Part shown: in pieces, positions 59,500 through 64,000 of the stretch
Position numbering within the stretch: the stretch's first letter is position 1
How the letters are laid out: the number at the start of each line of letters is the position of its first letter
NCBI GenBank assembly: GCA_050246315.1
Contig: JBFWWG010000003.1
Location: 1-64,000 of the forward strand
Reading direction: 5' to 3'
Origin: Nitrospiraceae bacterium
Lineage (GTDB): Bacteria > Nitrospirota > Nitrospiria > Nitrospirales > Nitrospiraceae
Length of the DNA stretch: 64,000 bases
Notes under the pieces: generated by a model
Seen by the model: the letters and a program-made list of their open reading frames with translations, nothing else
What the model was told of the DNA's origin: nothing
Database searches by the model: none
Program-made: the position numbers and the translations under genes

Positions 59500-60794
59500 G
59501 AACGCCGCTCCGTTTCTGCATGGTAACGACGTACTACCCTCCCTATCACTTTGGAGGAGATGGGACGTTCGTGTACCGTCTGTCCAACCTCCTGGCGGAG
59601 CACGGTCATGCCGTCGAGGTCATCCACTGTCGGGACGCCTATTATGCGGCCTGCGGAACGGAACCGACCGGCGAGTGGCCGAACCATCCTCGCGTTACCG
59701 TGCACCGATTGAAGAGTCGCGCGGGGTTCCTCTCGCCGCTGATTACGCAGCAATTCGGCGTTCCGGGTTTCAAAGCAAGACGGCTGAAACAGATTCTGAC
59801 GACCGGACAGTTCGACATCATCCATTACCACAATATTTCCCTTGTGGGTGGGCCGAAGGTGCTCGAGTATGGCGATGCCATCAAGCTCTATACCACGCAC
59901 GAGTACTGGCTCGCATGCCCGACGCATGTCCTCTTCCGCTTCAATCGAGCGGCGTGCACCAAACCGACTTGCTTCACCTGTCAGCTATCCTATCGCCGCC
60001 CTCCTCAGCTCTGGCGCTGGACCGGCATGATGGATCGCGCGCTCCGGCACATCGATGCCGTGATCTCGCCGAGCCGGTTTGCCGCGGATATCCACGCGCG
60101 CATGGTGCGAGGTCTTTCTGTGACAGTGCTCCCCATGTTTGTTCCGAAGTGTTCGGCCGGTGGGGGAGAACCGCCGCCGCCTGCAGCACTGGAAATCCGA
60201 CAGCCCTATTTCCTCTATGTGGGGCGACTCGAAAAGCTGAAGGGGCTTCAAGATGTGATTCCAGTGTTCATGCGCGATACACCCGCCGACCTTGTCGTGG
60301 TCGGCACCGGTCGGTACGAACCTGAACTGAAGCGCCGTGCAGGAGGCAGCTCACGCATCAGATTTCTCGGACCGCTGCCATTCGCCCAACTCCGTCACCT
60401 GTATGCCAAGGCCACGGCGCTGATCGTGCCATCGCTGTGCTACGAAACCTTCGGACAGGTTGTGGCCGAGGCCATCTCATTCCGCACACCCGTTATTGCG
60501 CGGGATATCGGCGCCTTGTCCGAGCTGGTGGCTGTGAGCGGAGGCGGCATTTTGTACCGAACCGAGGGTGAGTTGCGCGATGCAATCGAATCTCTTTGCA
60601 GATGTCACGACAGAAGGGATCACCTGGGAGAACGCGGCCACGCCGCGGTCTCTCAATATTGGACCGAAGATATCCATCTCGAGCAGTACTTCACGCTCAT
60701 CAGCCGAATTCAACGGAAACGGGAGGCTCAACGTCACGACGTAGCTGGTGAGGATAACTCTCCTGTCGGTTGCGACGATGATCTCCGCACATAG
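59496..60794 (+). CDS. GT4 glycosyltransferase with Cys-rich insert
   Basis: YPPYHFGG, YVGRLEKLKG and ETFGQVVAEA; C-x12-C-x4-C-x2-C segment. Confidence 0.92.
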   Translation: MRTPLRFCMVTTYYPPYHFGGDGTFVYRLSNLLAEHGHAVEVIHCRDAYYAACGTEPTGEWPNHPRVTVHRLKSRAGFLSPLITQQFGVPGFKARRLKQILTTGQFDIIHYHNISLVGGPKVLEYGDAIKLYTTHEYWLACPTHVLFRFNRAACTKPTCFTCQLSYRRPPQLWRWTGMMDRALRHIDAVISPSRFAADIHARMVRGLSVTVLPMFVPKCSAGGGEPPPPAALEIRQPYFLYVGRLEKLKGLQDVIPVFMRDTPADLVVVGTGRYEPELKRRAGGSSRIRFLGPLPFAQLRHLYAKATALIVPSLCYETFGQVVAEAISFRTPVIARDIGALSELVAVSGGGILYRTEGELRDAIESLCRCHDRRDHLGERGHAAVSQYWTEDIHLEQYFTLISRIQRKREAQRHDVAGEDNSPVGCDDDLRT

Positions 60795-60881
60795 ACTGGC
60801 CGCCGGTGAAGGCGCACCATCCCTGCGAGTGCCTTTCACACTGGATTGACAATGGTGAACCACGGGATCGCTTTTCAGGGC

Positions 60882-62144
60882 CTATGGTGCAACCTGCGTC
60901 GTGCAGACTAACTTTTGGAACGTGGCAGCCGCCAGGGCCCTAATCGTCTCTCGATCGACCAAGTTCTCGTCCCGCACATAATCGGAAATACGACTCGCCA
61001 CTATGCGGTTGCCCAGCCGGGAGTAATGGCCCCATTGCCCGACAGTGAGCAGCGGCTCCGGCAAGGCGGGATCATATGCGACAAGAGCATCTAAGATGTC
61101 CACATAGCGCAACCCTCTCGTCTGGAGGTATTCGATCAACGGCGCGTATCGCCGAGATTGATGGTTGCCATGCCTTCTGAAATCGTCAAGGTCGGGGTAG
61201 AGGACGATCGCGGGCAGGGATCCATGTCGCAGCGCCGCGCAATAAAACTCGTCAATAATCCGTGCGGTGAGGCGGAATGCATCACCGGTAACCGCATAGG
61301 ATCCATCGCTCGTCACGATGGGGTTCAAAGCTTCCTTGACGATCTGCGTTGCGATTTTGGCCAATCGAACCGACGGCAAGCCATCGAGGGGACCTGCAAG
61401 GTAGCCTGTCTGGTAATAGTAATCCTCACCGCCGATTTCTCGCAGTACCGCGTCATCGTCGGCAACGAGGCGTTTGTAGTCGTCCACGGTCGATAGAGGA
61501 TTCCGGACTAAGGAGAGCCGATCGTTCACCAAGGTAAACCGAGGCTTGGTATAGAGGTTGTTCGCATAGGTGGGGCTGTAAAAGGGACGAAACACATTCA
61601 CGTTACGGAAAATGTTCTCGGACATAAATCCGATGATCACGATGGCCGAATTGAATGGCACTCCTTCCTGCAAATAGCGCAGATACGCCTGATCCAACCC
61701 ATAAGCTCCCATTCCAAAGTTGAGCACTTGGAAGCGAGGATCTTGCTCCTCCATCTGGTGCTCCCATGTGTCTTGGTTGTCGACTTCGCTTCCGAACGTG
61801 AATGAGTCTCCGAAGGCCGAAATGCGTATCGTTCCCAGATCTGGTTCGTGAGCGTACTCTCTCTCCGATCTGAGGCCTTGAGAGTTGATCCTCACATCCG
61901 TGGCTCGGGTATGAGGGTTCGGCGCCCAGCCGAGAGAGGGATGAAAACCGCTCAGGGGTGGGATTTCTTGAAGACGATCCTTGAGAAGAGTTTTCTGTGC
62001 ATCGGTCAGACTGCGAAGAAGGGGCGTATAGAAGATCCCCCTCGCACGAAGTAGGAGGAGCCCCATATGGGACGCGCCTTCGATACTTCCATAGACGAAG
62101 CAAACCAGAAGAACGTGAAACAGCAAAGACTTTCTTCTATCCAT
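60882..62144 (-). CDS. Membrane-anchored SGNH/GDSL hydrolase-family protein
   Basis: N-terminal TM helix, INSQGLR, GDSFTFG, NFGMGAYG and C-terminal WGHYS. Confidence 0.82.
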   Translation of the reverse strand: MDRRKSLLFHVLLVCFVYGSIEGASHMGLLLLRARGIFYTPLLRSLTDAQKTLLKDRLQEIPPLSGFHPSLGWAPNPHTRATDVRINSQGLRSEREYAHEPDLGTIRISAFGDSFTFGSEVDNQDTWEHQMEEQDPRFQVLNFGMGAYGLDQAYLRYLQEGVPFNSAIVIIGFMSENIFRNVNVFRPFYSPTYANNLYTKPRFTLVNDRLSLVRNPLSTVDDYKRLVADDDAVLREIGGEDYYYQTGYLAGPLDGLPSVRLAKIATQIVKEALNPIVTSDGSYAVTGDAFRLTARIIDEFYCAALRHGSLPAIVLYPDLDDFRRHGNHQSRRYAPLIEYLQTRGLRYVDILDALVAYDPALPEPLLTVGQWGHYSRLGNRIVASRISDYVRDENLVDRETIRALAAATFQKLVCTTQVAP

Positions 62145-62276
62145 TGGTATATTCTAATGGCGACGCTCGTCTCGATGCATCTTCTTCACACGACCCAAAG
62201 CTGAGATCACCGGCTTGGTCATGTTCGATAAGAAGGCACCGATGAGGGCTCAACGTCCCATCGCAAGCATCTGGAC

Positions 62277-63485
62277 ATGCAGCTTCTGAGGCAAGAGATC
62301 GTCGCAACCGGGCTTGTCTTTCTTGCGATGGCCGCGTCAAGCTGTGTCGGCCCGATGCGCCCGACGACTTCGCGCGTGCAGCCGCCGCAGTTGACGGCTG
62401 AGGATCAAGATGTCTGGCAACATGCGATTGCCGCCAGCGGGGAGCGCGTGCATTTCGTATGGGGGGCCAGCGGGCTCTTCTACCGCCGCTCGCTCGACGA
62501 AGGAGAAACATGGAGCCAGGACCACCTCATCACCTCGGACGGTGAACTCCACTTGACGGATTCTCTTGCAGCGTCGGGACACAACGTGTACATCGTGTAC
62601 CTCCGTAACCTGCACCGGGAGCGCGATTGGTGCTGCGAGCGGACTTTGGGGGACATCTACCTGCGACGCTCCTCCGACGGCGGGCTAAGCTGGACACCAG
62701 AACAACGACTCACCGCTGGGGCTGGAGCCTTCCGGTTGTCGATGGCCGTCACCGACTCGCGGGTCGACTTGGTCTGGAGCGATTTTCGCAACGGCCAGTG
62801 GCAGATCTATTATCTCCGCTCCCGCGACGCCGGCGTCACCTGGAACACCGGGCAGCCAATTGTGCTCGTCGGAGAACACGATACAGGTCGTGCCCAAGTG
62901 GCAAGTGTAGGGGAGGCGATTCACATCGTCTGGTCCAACGCTCCTCACGATCACGCTCCCTGCTACACGATGCGACACTGTCCCGAGGTCTACTATCTGC
63001 AATCGATTGACGGCGGCGATACCTGGAGCCGCTTGACCCGTCTGACCTTCGATCAGCCGTTTTCAGGTCGTCCCGACATTGCCGTCATATCGGACACGGT
63101 TCTGGTGAGTTATGACGAAGACAAGGATAACAACGAGTCACACGAACAACATCTTCTACGATCCTCCGATGGCGGGAGGACCTGGGAACCGAGTGTCCGG
63201 CTTTCCACTGCACCCGGCGTCTCGGACCACGGCTCCTTGATCGCTTCCAATGGTACGGTCCATCTGGCCTGGCACGACGGGCGTGACCCGGACAATATGG
63301 AGATCTACTACCGCTACTCCACCGATCGAGGTCTCACCTGGTCGGCGGAGGAGAACCTATCCCGAGGACCGCGCATCTCAAGCACGCCGCTGCTCGCTGC
63401 GACGACGCACTACCTTCATGCCATCTGGCTCGACAGACGCACGGGAACCGATCAGGTCTGGTATCACCGGCGACACCTTCCCTAG
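62277..63485 (+). CDS. BNR/Asp-box repeat (sialidase-like beta-propeller) exported protein
   Basis: Six Asp-box motifs (SLDEGETW, SSDGGLSW, SRDAGVTW, SIDGGDTW, SSDGGRTW, STDRGLTW); signal ending ASSC. Confidence 0.85.
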   Translation: MQLLRQEIVATGLVFLAMAASSCVGPMRPTTSRVQPPQLTAEDQDVWQHAIAASGERVHFVWGASGLFYRRSLDEGETWSQDHLITSDGELHLTDSLAASGHNVYIVYLRNLHRERDWCCERTLGDIYLRRSSDGGLSWTPEQRLTAGAGAFRLSMAVTDSRVDLVWSDFRNGQWQIYYLRSRDAGVTWNTGQPIVLVGEHDTGRAQVASVGEAIHIVWSNAPHDHAPCYTMRHCPEVYYLQSIDGGDTWSRLTRLTFDQPFSGRPDIAVISDTVLVSYDEDKDNNESHEQHLLRSSDGGRTWEPSVRLSTAPGVSDHGSLIASNGTVHLAWHDGRDPDNMEIYYRYSTDRGLTWSAEENLSRGPRISSTPLLAATTHYLHAIWLDRRTGTDQVWYHRRHLP

Positions 63486-63488
63486 CCC

Positions 63489-64000
63489 ATGCCCATGGCC
63501 TACCGACTGCCGATTCTGACATATCATTCCCTCGATACCACGGGATCCGTCATCTCGACCGCTCCGATCGTGTTTCGACAGCAGATGCAGTGGTTCTATC
63601 AGCATGGCTTTGTGACGATTTCCCTCGTTCAAGCGGCACGGTTGCTGACGCTCAAACAACCGTTCCCTGAACGAACGTGCGTCCTGACGTTCGACGACGG
63701 CTACGACAACGTCTATCAGGAGGCATTTCCCGTTCTGCAACAATACGGATTCACGGCCACCGTCTTTCTGGTGACCGCTTATTGCGGCAAGACGAATGAC
63801 TGGCCCGGCCATCGGTCTCCAATCGGTGACCGCGCACTTCTCTCCTGGCCTCAGATCTCGGAAATGGCGGGTCATGGCATCACATTTGGATCGCATACCG
63901 CCACGCATCCTGACTTAGTTCGCATCTCGCGGGACCAGGCGGCACACGAATTGCGGGAATCCAAGCAGACCATTGAGGACCGTTTAGGCCGCAAGGTAGA
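63489..64000 (+). CDS. Polysaccharide deacetylase (NodB/CE4), 3'-truncated by window edge
   Basis: Absent from the ORF track. Manual translation gives MPMAYRLPILTYHSLD...VLTFDDGY...ATVFLVT...FGSHTATHPDL. Confidence 0.92.
   Translation, partial: MPMAYRLPILTYHSLDTTGSVISTAPIVFRQQMQWFYQHGFVTISLVQAARLLTLKQPFPERTCVLTFDDGYDNVYQEAFPVLQQYGFTATVFLVTAYCGKTNDWPGHRSPIGDRALLSWPQISEMAGHGITFGSHTATHPDLVRISRDQAAHELRESKQTIEDRLGRKV

Overview
GC-rich bacterial window with four blocks. A Nitrospira-like host is my inference from the gene set and the intergenic repeat style; no marker gene is present. (1) 1-14.5 kb, + strand: a glycogen/fermentation island (ackA, xfp, glgX, glgP, ppk2, pgi) interrupted by a three-gene nitrate-reductase-like module (Tat-lipoprotein NapA-like molybdoenzyme, NapC/NrfH-type tetraheme cytochrome, small membrane protein; no napB or napD). 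(2) 14.5-23.4 kb, + strand: a run of exported or lipoprotein envelope genes (EEP, two unknowns, large MscS, M48-LysM, patatin). (3) 23.5-33.1 kb, - strand: two tandem GH63-like glucosidases, a GH13 amylase, a Zn-dependent glucose dehydrogenase and a gluconolactonase, preceded by a palindromic operator-like site. An orphan DUF2235 gene on the + strand follows. (4) 35.4-64 kb: a large surface-glycan cluster with two Wzx flippases, many GT4/GT2/GT10 glycosyltransferases and unusually rich redox/radical tailoring (FAD oxidoreductase with a duplicated membrane domain, three Gfo/Idh/MocA enzymes, orphan MsrQ-like protein, B12-radical SAM, four tandem atypical GT2s). Two families of MITE-like elements are visible. 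One pair, with 4-bp TTAG/CTAA flanking duplications, brackets a two-glycosyltransferase cassette. No rRNA, tRNA, CRISPR array or transposase was recognised.
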